From contig CAZQNA010000002.1 in NCBI GenBank assembly GCA_964594835.1, forward strand, positions 32,001 to 96,000: a DNA stretch of 64,000 nt. The letters run 5' to 3'. Position 1 is the first letter of the stretch; each line of letters starts with the position of its first letter. The notes under the pieces were generated by a model that was given only the letters and a program-made list of their open reading frames with translations, was not told the DNA's origin and searched no databases. The DNA comes from an uncultured Nitrososphaerota archaeon (GTDB taxonomy: Archaea; Korarchaeota; Korarchaeia; Korarchaeales; Korarchaeaceae). Below, one piece after another: positions 34,941 through 45,372 of the stretch. The position numbers and the translations under genes were made by a program.

Positions 34941-37274
34941 TCACTCCCCGGGCATCACCCCAGCCCTCCTCAGGGCGAAGTAAACCTTCTCGGGGGTGGC
35001 CGGGATCTCCGCTATCCTCACGCCCGTCGCGTTCTTCACGGCGTTCATTATGGCCGCCGGCGTCGGGATAAGCGCCATCTCTCCCACGCCCTTGGCCCCG
35101 AACGGCCCGTACTCGTAGAGGTCCTCCACGTAGATCGGCTCCTCGACCTCCGGCATGTCGAGTGAGGTCGGGATCAGGTAGTCCGTGAAGTTCGGGTTCA
35201 GCATGCGCCCGTTCTCGAACTTCAGCTCCTCTGTGAGGGCGTACCCCATTCCCTGGGCGATGGCACCCTCGATCTGCCCCTCCACCAGGGTCGGGTTCAG
35301 GATCTTCCCCGCGGCCAGGGCGGGCCAGACCCTCACGACCCTCACCTTGCCGGTCTCCAGGTCCACCTCCACCTCAGCCACGTTGGCGATGTAGCTGAAC
35401 GCCGGGTACGCGTATCCCAGCCCCCTCTCCATGTCGAACGTGCCCTTCGGCAGGAAGAAGTAGCCGGTGGCGCTCATCTCGTAGCCCATGCTGTAGGCCG
35501 CCTGGACGAGATCCTCCCACTCCACGTAGTCGTCGGGGTTGTCCCTGCGGAAGGCCCTGCCCTCCCTTATCTCCACCTCCAAGGGGTCGCACTCCAGCAG
35601 CCTGGCGGCCACCTCCGCCAGCCTCTCCCTCAGCTTCTTCGCCGCGACGTACACCCCTATCCCCCCTATGCTGGACCCCCTAGATGCGTGCGTCGCGCCG
35701 GTGTCCGGGGCGTCGCTGGTCCCCCCGACCACCTTGACCCTCTCAACGGGCACGCCCAGCACCTCCGCCGCTATCTGGGCGTGGGCTGTCCAGCTGCCCT
35801 GCCCTATCTCGCATATGCCCGTCTCCACGGTGACGCTGCCGTCCCTCCCGAGGATGACGGTGGCGTTGGACCAGTCCGGCACTCCCCTACTGGTGCTTAT
35901 CCCGTGGTAGCCGCAGGCTATCCCTATCCCCCTCCTGACCCTACCGGCCCTCTCCCTCCCGTACTCGCGCCACTTCGCCCTGAACCCGGTCCTCTCTCCA
36001 AGAAGCTTGACCGCCTCGTATATTCCGACCGAGGACTCCAGGAGCTGGTCGGTTATAGTCCTGCTCCCGGGCCTCAGCAGGTTCTTGAGCCTTATCTCCA
36101 GCGGGTCCATGCCCAGCCTCTCGGCCAGCTCGTCTAGCTGGCTCTCGGCTGCGAACTGGACCTGTGGGTTCCCGAACCCCCTGAAGGACCCCTCGAACAC
36201 CTTGTTGGTGTACACCAGGAAGCCGTCTACCTTGGCGTTCGGGATCTCGTACGGCCCGCCCGCGTGCATCGTGGCCCTCCAGAGGACGTACGGCCCCCTG
36301 TTCGCGTAGGCGCCGGAGTCGAGTATGATCTCGACCTCGATTGCCTTCAGCTTTCCGTCCCTCGTCGCTCCGGTCTTGTACCTGACGATTGACGGGTCCC
36401 TCTTGCATGTGGAGGTGAAGCTGTCCCTCCGGCTGTAGACCAGCACGGCCGGCTTGCCGGTCTTCACGGCCACCAGGCCAGCCATGGCACTCACAATGGG
36501 ACCCATGTCGTCCTTCCCGCCGAACCCTCCGCCGACGTAGGGCTGGACGACCCTGACCATGCTGTGTGGCAGCCCCAGGACCCTCGCCGTGATCCTCTGG
36601 CAGAGGTGCGGGTACTGTATGGAGGCGATTACCGTCACCCCTCCCTGGGTGTCCGGTATGGCGACGGCCCCCTCTGTCTCCATGGGGGCGTGCTCCTGGT
36701 GGCCCGTCCGGTAGGTGTTCTCCACGACTACGTCTGACTCCTCGAATCCTCTCTCGACGTCTCCCTTCCTCACCTTGGTCATCTCGGCTATGTTCGTGCC
36801 CCTGTCCTCGTGCACAAGAACGTCGGACCTCTCCATCGCCTCGAGCGGGTCGAACACTGCGGGGAGCTCCTCGTACCTCACCTCCACAAGCTCGGCGGCC
36901 TTCTCGGTGAGGTCCTCGTCCGGGGCCGCCACGAGGGCGACCGGCTCTCCGACGTACCTCACCTTGTCCGCGGGCAGGAGGGGCTGATCCGGCAGGGCGT
37001 AGCCCACCTGGTTCTCCCCGGGAATGTCCGCGGCCGTGAAGACGCGGACGGGGCCCAGGCTCAGGGCCCTCTCGGCGTCTATCTCGATGATCCTCCCGTG
37101 GGGGATGGGGCTCTTCACCAGCCTGACGTGGAGGGCGTCCTTCAGGACGAAGTCGCCCGTGAACCTGGCCCTCCCGGTGACCTTGTCCACGGCGTCGATC
37201 CTCCTGACGCCCTTGCCCACGACCAGGAACTCCTCAGCCTTCCGAATCTCCTCCAGTACGGAGATCGAGCTCAT
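34941..37274 (-). CDS. Xanthine dehydrogenase-family molybdopterin-binding subunit (enzyme 1)
   Basis: KVTGRA.F, QEH..ME, GGGFGGK, FRGFG.PQ, GQG and GAKGVGE. Confidence 0.93.
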   Translation of the reverse strand: MSSISVLEEIRKAEEFLVVGKGVRRIDAVDKVTGRARFTGDFVLKDALHVRLVKSPIPHGRIIEIDAERALSLGPVRVFTAADIPGENQVGYALPDQPLLPADKVRYVGEPVALVAAPDEDLTEKAAELVEVRYEELPAVFDPLEAMERSDVLVHEDRGTNIAEMTKVRKGDVERGFEESDVVVENTYRTGHQEHAPMETEGAVAIPDTQGGVTVIASIQYPHLCQRITARVLGLPHSMVRVVQPYVGGGFGGKDDMGPIVSAMAGLVAVKTGKPAVLVYSRRDSFTSTCKRDPSIVRYKTGATRDGKLKAIEVEIILDSGAYANRGPYVLWRATMHAGGPYEIPNAKVDGFLVYTNKVFEGSFRGFGNPQVQFAAESQLDELAERLGMDPLEIRLKNLLRPGSRTITDQLLESSVGIYEAVKLLGERTGFRAKWREYGRERAGRVRRGIGIACGYHGISTSRGVPDWSNATVILGRDGSVTVETGICEIGQGSWTAHAQIAAEVLGVPVERVKVVGGTSDAPDTGATHASRGSSIGGIGVYVAAKKLRERLAEVAARLLECDPLEVEIREGRAFRRDNPDDYVEWEDLVQAAYSMGYEMSATGYFFLPKGTFDMERGLGYAYPAFSYIANVAEVEVDLETGKVRVVRVWPALAAGKILNPTLVEGQIEGAIAQGMGYALTEELKFENGRMLNPNFTDYLIPTSLDMPEVEEPIYVEDLYEYGPFGAKGVGEMALIPTPAAIMNAVKNATGVRIAEIPATPEKVYFALRRAGVMPGE

Positions 37275-37771
37275 CCCCTCACACCCCCCGCCACCCTCTC
37301 GGCCGCCAGCCTCACGGCCCTGACTATCTTGGCGTAGCCGGTGCACCTGCACAGCACGCCAAGGATCGCCTCCCTCACAGTCCGCTCGTCCGGGTTCGGG
37401 ACGCGGTCGAGCAGCGCCTTGGCCGTCAGGACCATGGCGGGCGTGCAGAACCCGCACTGCACGGCCCCGGCCTCCACGAACGCCTCCTGAACGGGGTGCA
37501 GCCTCTCCGGCTCTCCGATCCCCTCGACCGTGGTGACGCTCCTCCCGTCGACCTGCGGGGCCAGCATCAGGCACGACCTGACCGGGAGGCCGTCCACCAG
37601 CACGGTGCACATCCCGCACTCGCCGGTCTCGCAGCCCCGCTTCACGCTGAGGATCTTCAGCTCGTTCCTCAGGAGGTCCAGCAGCGTGGCGTTAGGCCTG
37701 GTGGTCACCTCCACCTTCCGGCCGTTGAGGGTGAACCTCACCAGGACGGTCCCGTCTCCCTCGACCCTCAC
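37271..37771 (-). CDS. XDH-family 2x[2Fe-2S] subunit (enzyme 1)
   Basis: GCETGECGMCTV, QCGFCTP and CRCTGY. Confidence 0.95.
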   Translation of the reverse strand: MRVEGDGTVLVRFTLNGRKVEVTTRPNATLLDLLRNELKILSVKRGCETGECGMCTVLVDGLPVRSCLMLAPQVDGRSVTTVEGIGEPERLHPVQEAFVEAGAVQCGFCTPAMVLTAKALLDRVPNPDERTVREAILGVLCRCTGYAKIVRAVRLAAERVAGGVRG

Positions 37772-38640
37772 GCCGACACACCCCCTGCCCTCTCCAAGGC
37801 CCTCTCAAGGGTCCTCCTCACCAGGGTGACGGACATCTCCTCCCTGTACTCCCTCGACCCCCTCACGTCCGTTATCGGCCTCACGTCAGCCCTCGCCTCC
37901 CTGCTTGCGCTCCTCACGGCCTCCCTGGTAGCCGGCTGACCCCTGAGAGCCTCCTCCACCCTGGAGGCCCTTATCGGCGTCGGGGCCACGGCCCCGAGCG
38001 CGACCCTCGCGTCGACGACCCGCCCCCCGGAGACCTCGACCAAGGCGGCAGCGGAGACTATGGAGAGGGCCCCCTCCCTCACCGTGAGCTTCTCGAAGGC
38101 CGCACTCTGTCCCGGTCGCAACTTCGGGACGACCACCTCCGCCAGGACCTCTCCGACCCCCAGGACCGTCTGCCCCGGCCCCGTGAAGAACCCCTCGACG
38201 GGAACCTCCCTCCTGCCTCCGGGACCGACGATCACCAGCGTGGCCCCGTGGACCATCAGGGGAGGGGCAGTATCCGCCGCCGGTGAGGCGTTGCACAGGT
38301 TGCCCCCTATGGTGGCCGTCGTCTTGATGTGCCAGCTCGCCATTAGCCCGACGGCCTCGCTGAGGACGGGAACCCCGCGGGCGATCTCCTCCGAGTTCTC
38401 TATCTCCCACAGGGTGGTGGCGGCCCCTATCCTGATCCGGTCCCCCTCGTCCCTGATGAACCGTATCTCCTGCAGCCTGCTCAGATCTACGACGTGCCTC
38501 GGGCTCACCAGGCCGGCCCTCATCTTCACGACCAGGTCCGTCCCTCCCGCTATCGCCCTGGCGTCTGGCCCCAGCTCCGAGAGGAGCCTGACGGCCTCCT
38601 CGAGAGAAGCTGGCCTGTGATACTCGAACTCGGGCAGCAT
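37768..38640 (-). CDS. XDH-family FAD-binding subunit (enzyme 1)
   Basis: FEYHRP, AGGTDL, ATIGGNLCNASPAAD and PITDVRGS.EYR. Confidence 0.93.
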   Translation of the reverse strand: MLPEFEYHRPASLEEAVRLLSELGPDARAIAGGTDLVVKMRAGLVSPRHVVDLSRLQEIRFIRDEGDRIRIGAATTLWEIENSEEIARGVPVLSEAVGLMASWHIKTTATIGGNLCNASPAADTAPPLMVHGATLVIVGPGGRREVPVEGFFTGPGQTVLGVGEVLAEVVVPKLRPGQSAAFEKLTVREGALSIVSAAALVEVSGGRVVDARVALGAVAPTPIRASRVEEALRGQPATREAVRSASREARADVRPITDVRGSREYREEMSVTLVRRTLERALERAGGVSA

Positions 38641-38783
38641 CTCAACCTGCCCTCCTTGAGTCTGACGCCCAGAGCCCTTCCGGCGGGCCCGGGCGCTCAG
38701 ATCCGCTGGGGACGGCTCCGGCTTCAATAAATAGTTGGAGGAGGGGGAGTGGCCCCCCGGCCAGACGCCAGCCGACCGGGGGT

Positions 38784-39722
38784 TCAGACCCCCAGGATCT
38801 CCTTCACCAGGGCGGCCCTTACGTACATCCCGTTGACGGCCTGCTGGAAGTACTTGGCCTGCGGGAGGGAGTCGACGCTCTCGTCGAGCTCCCACACCCT
38901 GGGCAGCGGGTGCATTATGATGGGGATCTTTCTGAACCTCCTCAGGAAGTCGGCGTCCACCCTGTAGCTCCCCTTCAGCCTCTCGTACTCCTCCGGGTCG
39001 GGGAACCTCTCCTTCTGGAGCCTGGTGACGTAGAGCACGTCGAGTTCCTCGATCACGTCCTCCAGCGTCGAGGTCTTGGAGTACTCCACCCTGCCCTCTA
39101 TCCTCTCCACGACCTCCGGCCTGATCTGCAGGGGGTCGGGGGCTATGTACCGTATCCTGACGCCATCGAACAGGGAGAGCATGTAGGACAGTGAACTCGG
39201 GGTCCTCCCATGCTTCAGGTCGCCCATTATGCCCACAGTCACGCCGTCGACCCTGCCCAGCTCCCTCCAGATAGTGTACACGTCCAGCAGGGCCTGGGTC
39301 GGGTGCTCGTTCCACCCGTCGCCGGCGTTTATCACGGGGGCCTCGCATATCTCCGCCACCTTCGCGGCCATGCCGGGTGTGCCCTGCCTCAGAACGATCA
39401 CGTCGGGGCCGTAGCCGTCCACCATCCTGAGGGAGTCCTCCAGGCTCTCCCCCTTGGCCCTGCTGGTAGCGGCCTCCGGGCCGAAGTCCACCACTGCCCC
39501 GCCCAGCTTGACCATGGCGTAGGTGAAGCTGAGCCTGGTCCTGGTGCTCGGCTCCATGAAGACGGTGGCCATCAGCTTCCCTCTGGCGTAGTCCAGGACG
39601 CCCCTCTCGGCGATCTCCTCTCTCAGCCTCTCGGCCAGCCGGAAGAGCCCCTCCACCTCCTCCCTGGAGAAGTCCAGGGCGGAGATCACGTCCCTACCCT
39701 TCAGGCTACCCAACTCGCGCAC
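38784..39722 (-). CDS. pyrB: Aspartate carbamoyltransferase catalytic subunit
   Basis: F.EPSTRTR, KGESL.D, HPTQ, GDLKHGRT, TRLQKER and HPLPR. Confidence 0.92.
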   Translation of the reverse strand: MRELGSLKGRDVISALDFSREEVEGLFRLAERLREEIAERGVLDYARGKLMATVFMEPSTRTRLSFTYAMVKLGGAVVDFGPEAATSRAKGESLEDSLRMVDGYGPDVIVLRQGTPGMAAKVAEICEAPVINAGDGWNEHPTQALLDVYTIWRELGRVDGVTVGIMGDLKHGRTPSSLSYMLSLFDGVRIRYIAPDPLQIRPEVVERIEGRVEYSKTSTLEDVIEELDVLYVTRLQKERFPDPEEYERLKGSYRVDADFLRRFRKIPIIMHPLPRVWELDESVDSLPQAKYFQQAVNGMYVRAALVKEILGV

Positions 39723-39764
39723 ACCTCCCTACCCTCTCAACCACACCTCCCCACGGGGTTCGCA

Positions 39765-40283
39765 TCACCCCGGCTCCCCTCCCGAGGCCGGCTCGGGGGC
39801 CCGAGACCCAGCGGCCTCTGAGGCGGCCCTCTTGATGGCCCTGATTATGTTGACGTAGCCCGTGCACCTGCAGAGGTTCCCCCTGACGTACTCCTTGATC
39901 TCCTCCTCCGTGGGGTTGGGGTTCTCCCTCAGGAGGGCCTGGGCCGTGAGTATGAAGCCGGGCGTGCAGAACCCGCACTGAATGGCCCCCTCCTCTATGA
40001 AAGCCCTCTGGAGGGGCGTGAGGTCTTCCTCCCCAGAGGCGAGGCCCTCTATGGTGGTGACCTCCCTCCCGTCGACGTCGACGGCCAGGGTCAGGCAGGA
40101 CAGGACGGGCTCGCCGTCCAGCAGGACCGTGCACCCACCGCACTCCCCTATGCCGCACCAGTACTTGGTTCCCGTGAGGTGGAGCCTGTCCCTGAGCACG
40201 TTTATCAGGAGCTCGTTCGGCATCACGCTGAGCTGGAGCCACTCACCGTTCAGCCTGAACCTGATGACCTTGGGCTCCATCAT
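39765..40283 (-). CDS. XDH-family 2x[2Fe-2S] subunit (enzyme 2)
   Basis: CGIGECGGCTV, QCGFCTPG and GNLCRCTGY. Confidence 0.95.
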   Translation of the reverse strand: MMEPKVIRFRLNGEWLQLSVMPNELLINVLRDRLHLTGTKYWCGIGECGGCTVLLDGEPVLSCLTLAVDVDGREVTTIEGLASGEEDLTPLQRAFIEEGAIQCGFCTPGFILTAQALLRENPNPTEEEIKEYVRGNLCRCTGYVNIIRAIKRAASEAAGSRAPEPASGGEPG

Positions 40284-41188
40284 CGCACCTCACCCCCGTC
40301 CCCGACCCTGACCATGCCCAGGGCCTCGCGGAGGGCGTCAGCCACGATGACCTTGGTGACCTCGCGCCTGTACTCCGCCGTAGACCTGACGTCGGTTATG
40401 GGCCTGATCTCCTCCGAGGCTATCTCGCCGACCCTCCTCAGCAGGTCCTCGGTGGGCGGCCTCCCCTCGAGCGCGGCCTCGGCCTCCCTCGCCCTCATGG
40501 GCGTGGGGGCGACAGAGCCCAGGGCTATCCTGACGTCGGAGGCGGACCACCCCCTGAGGGTCAGCGCGACGGCCACGTTCACCTTGGCCAGGTCCATGGC
40601 TGTCCTCGCCACCTTGATGAACGCGGAGCCCGTCCCCTCAGGCTGCCTCGGGATCCAGATCTCGGTCAGCATCTCCCCTGGCCTCATGGCCGTCCTGCCG
40701 GGGCCCGTGAAGAAGTCCTCGATCGGGAGGGTCCTCTCCCCCGAGACGCTGGCGAGCTTCACCCTCGCCCCGTAGACCATCAGGGGAGGGGCGGTGTCCG
40801 CCGCGGGGGAGGCGTTGCACAGGTTGCCCCCTATGGTGGCCATGTTCCTGACCTGAACCGAGGCCATCCACCTTATGGCCCGGTACAGGGCCGGGAAGAG
40901 CCTCCTGATGGTCCCGCTCCTCTCGAGCCTCCTCAGCCTGGTGGCCGCCCCTATCCTCACGCCGGTGGGCCCTTCCCTGACGTAGTCCAGCTCGGGTATC
41001 CTCTTGATGTTAATGACGCACTTCGGCTCGACCCTCCGCATCTTCATCTGCACCAGGAGGTCGGTCCCCCCGGCCAGTATCCTGGCGGCCTCCCCCCACC
41101 TCGCCAGGAGCTCCAGGGCCTCCCTTATGGTCCTGGGCTCGTGGTACTCGAACTCCACCGGGATTATGTGGGTGTTGAATCGGTTCAC
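40280..41188 (-). CDS. XDH-family FAD-binding subunit (enzyme 2)
   Basis: FEYHEP, AGGTDL and RNMATIGGNLCNASPAAD. Start is GTG 41188 or a coupled CTG at 41239. Confidence 0.92.
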   Translation of the reverse strand: MNRFNTHIIPVEFEYHEPRTIREALELLARWGEAARILAGGTDLLVQMKMRRVEPKCVINIKRIPELDYVREGPTGVRIGAATRLRRLERSGTIRRLFPALYRAIRWMASVQVRNMATIGGNLCNASPAADTAPPLMVYGARVKLASVSGERTLPIEDFFTGPGRTAMRPGEMLTEIWIPRQPEGTGSAFIKVARTAMDLAKVNVAVALTLRGWSASDVRIALGSVAPTPMRAREAEAALEGRPPTEDLLRRVGEIASEEIRPITDVRSTAEYRREVTKVIVADALREALGMVRVGDGGEVR

Positions 41189-41235
41189 CGGGAACTCCCG
41201 GATCCCGCCACCGACCTCAGAACCGGCTCCCTCGG

Positions 41236-43632
41236 TCAGCTCAGGCCACCCCCCTTCTCCTGGGCGGATTCCCGCCCTCGGCGCTCCCTCTCCCTGAGGG
41301 CCCTCAGTATCCTCTCGGGAGTGATCGGGAGCTCGTAGAACCTGACCCCTATGGCGTCGTAGATCGCGTTGGCCACGGCGGCCGCGACCGGGTTGCTGGC
41401 GGCCTCCCCTATCCCCTTGGCCCCGAACGGGCCTGTGGGCTCGTAGGTGTTGGCGAATATCACCCTGAAGTCCTCGACTGAGGGTATGTCCCCCGCGGTG
41501 GGGACCTTGTAGTCCGTGATGAACCCCATGTTCTCCAGCGCCCCGGTCTCGGGGTTGTAGGGCGTGTCCTCCAGGACGGCCCAGCCCCAACCCATGACGA
41601 ACCCGCCCTGAACCTGCCCCTCCGCCAGCTCGGGGTTGATCACCGTGCCGATGTCCGCGCCCGCCACCACCCTGACGGGCCTGACCCTGCCCGTCTCGGT
41701 GTCCACCTCCACCTCCACGAAGTAGGCGGTGAAGCTCGGCGGGGCCGCGGTGGCCCTGTAGCTCACCGACGCCGAGATGGACCCCCAGTTCCTCTGCCAG
41801 GCGGTCCTGGCCACCTCCCCAAGGGTCGTCCAGGCGTCCGACCCCTCCACGTAGATTACGGCGTCCTTCAGCTCCTCGTCGTACCTCATCCTCAGGGCCT
41901 CGGGGCCCACGGCCACGTCCAGGATCCTGACCGCGTACTCCAGGATCTTCCTCTTCACCTCCCTGGCCGCCCTCCTGGCGGCCTCCCCTCCCACGTAGAC
42001 GCCCCTGGAGGCGTGGGTGCAAACGTCGTAGACGGTGGTGGAGCTGTCGGACCAGACTACGTTCACCTTCTCGAGGGGGATGCAGAGTTCCTCCGCTATG
42101 ATCTTGGCGTGGGCGTCCAGCGTGCCGCCGCCGTGGTCCTGGAGGGCCGTCACGTAGTCCACGCTCCCGTCCTCGTTCACCTTGAGGAACGCCCCCGAGT
42201 AGTCGATCACCGACCCGGACAGGGGTCCGCCGGCCCCCGAGGTGTGGAATCCCCTGGCCACTCCTATGCCCCTCCTGTACCTGCCGGTCTGCTCCCCGGG
42301 CCTCGGCCTGCTCCCCCAGCCGATCAGCTCCGCCCCCCTCCTCATGAGTTCAGGCACGCCGTCGCTCCTGATGATGCTCTTCACGGTGGGCCCCTGCCCC
42401 CAGAACAGGTCGCCCTTGCCCACGTAGTTCCTCAGCCTGAACTCCACCGGGTCCATGCCCACCTCCTCGGCCAGCTCGTCGACGACGGTCTCGACCGCCC
42501 AGGTGACCTGCGGGTTCCCATAGCCCCTGAGGGCGCAGCTGGGGACCTTGTTGGTGTAGATCGCCTTCCCCACGTACCTGATGGGTCCCCACTTGTAGAG
42601 GGAGACGAACCAGCCCAGCGCCGTGCCGAGCAGCGGGTACGGCTGTATCTGGTGGGCCCCTATGTCCATGACGTTCTCGAACTCGGCCCCCGAGAGCCTC
42701 CCGCTGCTCTTCGCCCCCGCCCTGATCCTCATGTGCATCTCGAAGGAGACGTGGTCGTGCATGATGTCCTCCTCCCTGGTGAGGGCTATCCTGACGGGCC
42801 TCCTCGCCTTCCTGCTGAGGGCGACCGCCACGAGGGTCACTAGGTTTGTGTGGATGCTCGACCCGAACCCCCCGCCCAGGAAGACCTTCTTGACCCTCAC
42901 CCTGCTCTGGGGTATGCCGAAGACCTGGGAGATGAGGATCTTGGTGTTGTGGACCGTCTGGGTCGTGGTCCAGACCGTGACGCCCCCGTCGGGGTCCGGC
43001 CTGCTCACGGCCACCTTGGGCTCGGGCTGGAGGTGGTACCTGCGGTTGGTGTGGAACCTCCTCTCTATCACCACGTCGGCCTCCGACAGGGCCCGGTCCA
43101 CGTCCCCCTCCGAGTACTCGAGCGTGCAGGCGACGTTGTCCTGCACGTCTACCCAGGCCCTTCCCCTCATTATCCTCTCGTGGATGGCCGGGGACCCGGG
43201 CCTCATGGCCTCGAAGGGGTCGAGGAGGGGCCTGTAGACCCTGACGGGCTCCAGCCTGATGGCCTCCAGCGCCCTCTGGGCCGCCTCCTCCGAGGTCGCT
43301 GCTACTGCGGCGACTGGCTCGCCCACGAACCTCGGGTGGTCCGTCAGGACCCTCCAGTCCTTGAAGGTGTCCTCCTCCACGCTCACCAGCCTCGGGTTGA
43401 AGAGCACGTCGGGCACGTCCCTCGGGGTCAGCACGACGGCCCCCATTCTCTCGGCCTCCGAGGCGTCGACCCTGACCTCCGCGTGGGCGTAGGGGCTCTT
43501 GAGGATCCGGCCGTGGAGCATGCCGGGGAGCCAGACGTCGTAGGCGTAGGTGGCCCTGCCGGTGGCCTTGAGGACCCCGTCCTTCCTGCCGACCCTGACC
43601 CCGACAAACCTGTACCGGCCCTCGGCGCTCAA
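41236..43632 (-). CDS. XDH-family molybdopterin-binding subunit (enzyme 2)
   Basis: KATGRA.Y, GGGFG, LRGYGNPQ, HASRG and GAKGIGE. Confidence 0.92.
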   Translation of the reverse strand: MSAEGRYRFVGVRVGRKDGVLKATGRATYAYDVWLPGMLHGRILKSPYAHAEVRVDASEAERMGAVVLTPRDVPDVLFNPRLVSVEEDTFKDWRVLTDHPRFVGEPVAAVAATSEEAAQRALEAIRLEPVRVYRPLLDPFEAMRPGSPAIHERIMRGRAWVDVQDNVACTLEYSEGDVDRALSEADVVIERRFHTNRRYHLQPEPKVAVSRPDPDGGVTVWTTTQTVHNTKILISQVFGIPQSRVRVKKVFLGGGFGSSIHTNLVTLVAVALSRKARRPVRIALTREEDIMHDHVSFEMHMRIRAGAKSSGRLSGAEFENVMDIGAHQIQPYPLLGTALGWFVSLYKWGPIRYVGKAIYTNKVPSCALRGYGNPQVTWAVETVVDELAEEVGMDPVEFRLRNYVGKGDLFWGQGPTVKSIIRSDGVPELMRRGAELIGWGSRPRPGEQTGRYRRGIGVARGFHTSGAGGPLSGSVIDYSGAFLKVNEDGSVDYVTALQDHGGGTLDAHAKIIAEELCIPLEKVNVVWSDSSTTVYDVCTHASRGVYVGGEAARRAAREVKRKILEYAVRILDVAVGPEALRMRYDEELKDAVIYVEGSDAWTTLGEVARTAWQRNWGSISASVSYRATAAPPSFTAYFVEVEVDTETGRVRPVRVVAGADIGTVINPELAEGQVQGGFVMGWGWAVLEDTPYNPETGALENMGFITDYKVPTAGDIPSVEDFRVIFANTYEPTGPFGAKGIGEAASNPVAAAVANAIYDAIGVRFYELPITPERILRALRERERRGRESAQEKGGGLS

Positions 43633-43672
43633 GATCTCACGGGCCGCCCGGGCGAAGGCTCTAAATTAAGGC

Positions 43673-45070
43673 TTGACGGGAGGCCGCGACGCCGAGGGGA
43701 GGGGGAGGGAGTTGCCGGGAGGGGACCTGCTGGTCAGGGGCGGGACCCTCGTCACCCCCGAGGGGACCGTCAGGGCTGACATCCTGATCGAGGACGGCGT
43801 GATAGTCGGGGTGGGCCGGGACCTGAGGACCTCGGGGCACGAGGTCCTGGACGCCGGCGGGATGCTGGTGCTCCCCGGCGTTGTGGACGAGCACGTCCAC
43901 ATGAGGGAGCCGGGGCTGGAGCACAAGGACGACTTCACCCACGGGACCATGGCCGCCGCGGCGGGCGGGGTCACGACCGTCGTGGAGATGCCCAACACTC
44001 TCCCGCCGGTCGAGGACGCCGAGAGGCTGAGGAGCAAGGCCGAGCTCCTGTCCTCGAAGGCGCACGTTGACTTCGCCCTTCTGGGGGTCCTCCACGACGA
44101 GAACCTGGACGAGATCGAGGGGATGCTGGAGACCGGGGCGGTTGGCTTCAAGGCCTTCCTGGGGCCCACCACCGGCAACATACCTCCCCCCGGCGACGGG
44201 GCCATCTACGAGGCCCTGGAGAAGTCCTCCAGGCTGGGGTTCACCATAGCCTTCCACGGGGAGAACTGGGACCTGGTCAGGAGGTTCACCGAGAGGGTTA
44301 GGGAGGAGGTCTCCCGGCGAGGGGGGGAGGCGGACCCCCTGGCCCACCTCCGATCCAGGCCGCCGATCTGCGAGGAGGAGGCCGCCCAGAGGATCGCCCT
44401 CCTGGCCAGGAGGACCGGGGGGAGGGCCCTCATCGTCCACGTAGCCGCGGCCGAGGCCGTCGACGTGATAAGGAGGGCGAGGGCCGAGGGGGTCGAGATA
44501 TACGGGGAGACCTGTCCCCACTACCTCCTCCTCTCGGCCGAGGACTACGAGAGGTACGGGGCGCTGATGAAGGTCAACCCGCCCGTGAGGGAGAGGAGGC
44601 ACCAGGAGGAGCTCTGGAGGGCCGTGAACGACGGCTCCATCCAGACGCTGGGCTCAGACCACGCCCCCCACACACGGGAGGAGAAGTCGGGCGACATCAT
44701 GTCGGCGGCGTCTGGCGTTCCGGCCGTCCAGACATTCCTGCCCCTGATGCTCGACGCCGCGCTCAGGGGGGGGATCCCGATCACGAAGATCCCCGAGCTC
44801 ATGGCCAGAAACCCCGCGAGGCTCTTCGGGCTCTACCCCAGGAAGGGGTCCCTGTCGGTCGGGAGCGACGGCGACCTGGTGATAGTCGACCCGAAGGGCG
44901 AGTGGGTTGTGAGGGCCAGCGAGTTCTACGCCAAGCACCCGCTGACCCCGTTCGACGGGTGGAGGCTGAGGGGCAGGGTGGCCTACACGGTCCTGAGGGG
45001 CACGGTAGTCGCCGAGGGGGGGAGGGTGACCTCCCGCGCGCCGGCCGGCAGGTGGGTCAGGAGGGCCTAG
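43673..45070 (+). CDS. Dihydroorotase/allantoinase-family cyclic amidohydrolase
   Basis: HVHMREPG, AAAGG.TT..MPNT, GFKAF, HGEN, KVNPP.R and GSDHAPH. Confidence 0.88.
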   Translation: MTGGRDAEGRGRELPGGDLLVRGGTLVTPEGTVRADILIEDGVIVGVGRDLRTSGHEVLDAGGMLVLPGVVDEHVHMREPGLEHKDDFTHGTMAAAAGGVTTVVEMPNTLPPVEDAERLRSKAELLSSKAHVDFALLGVLHDENLDEIEGMLETGAVGFKAFLGPTTGNIPPPGDGAIYEALEKSSRLGFTIAFHGENWDLVRRFTERVREEVSRRGGEADPLAHLRSRPPICEEEAAQRIALLARRTGGRALIVHVAAAEAVDVIRRARAEGVEIYGETCPHYLLLSAEDYERYGALMKVNPPVRERRHQEELWRAVNDGSIQTLGSDHAPHTREEKSGDIMSAASGVPAVQTFLPLMLDAALRGGIPITKIPELMARNPARLFGLYPRKGSLSVGSDGDLVIVDPKGEWVVRASEFYAKHPLTPFDGWRLRGRVAYTVLRGTVVAEGGRVTSRAPAGRWVRRA

Positions 45071-45372
45071 TCTGGGGCGGCGCCGCGTCCTGACAATGGC
45101 CTGTTTGCGGAAATCAAATCCCCGGTCCGGCCCGAATGGGAATCGTTTGACACCCATCCGTCGGCCCTGGGTCCTCCCCCCTGTTTTCCACAAGGCCTGG
45201 ATCGCGCTTCAAGAGGTTACGCGACCCACCCGTGGCACTCGCCATCGATATTCAACTTCGGCCATAGGACCAAACTCTAAACGCAAAAACCCGTTTAGCA
45301 AATGATAGGAAAACGATTGTGCGCTTGACCTCGAGAAAGTTTATTAGATTTCGACCTGTAAATGATTTTAAC

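Noticed and set aside
38270-40850. Near-identical DNA around GGNLCNASPAADTAPPLMV in two places
   Set aside because: Conserved motif of the paralogous FAD subunits, not a mobile repeat.
45105-45135. TCAAATCCCCGG..GGCCCG resembling a tRNA 3' end or att site
   Set aside because: Lacks GGTTC and the rest of the cloverleaf; no integrase or second copy seen.
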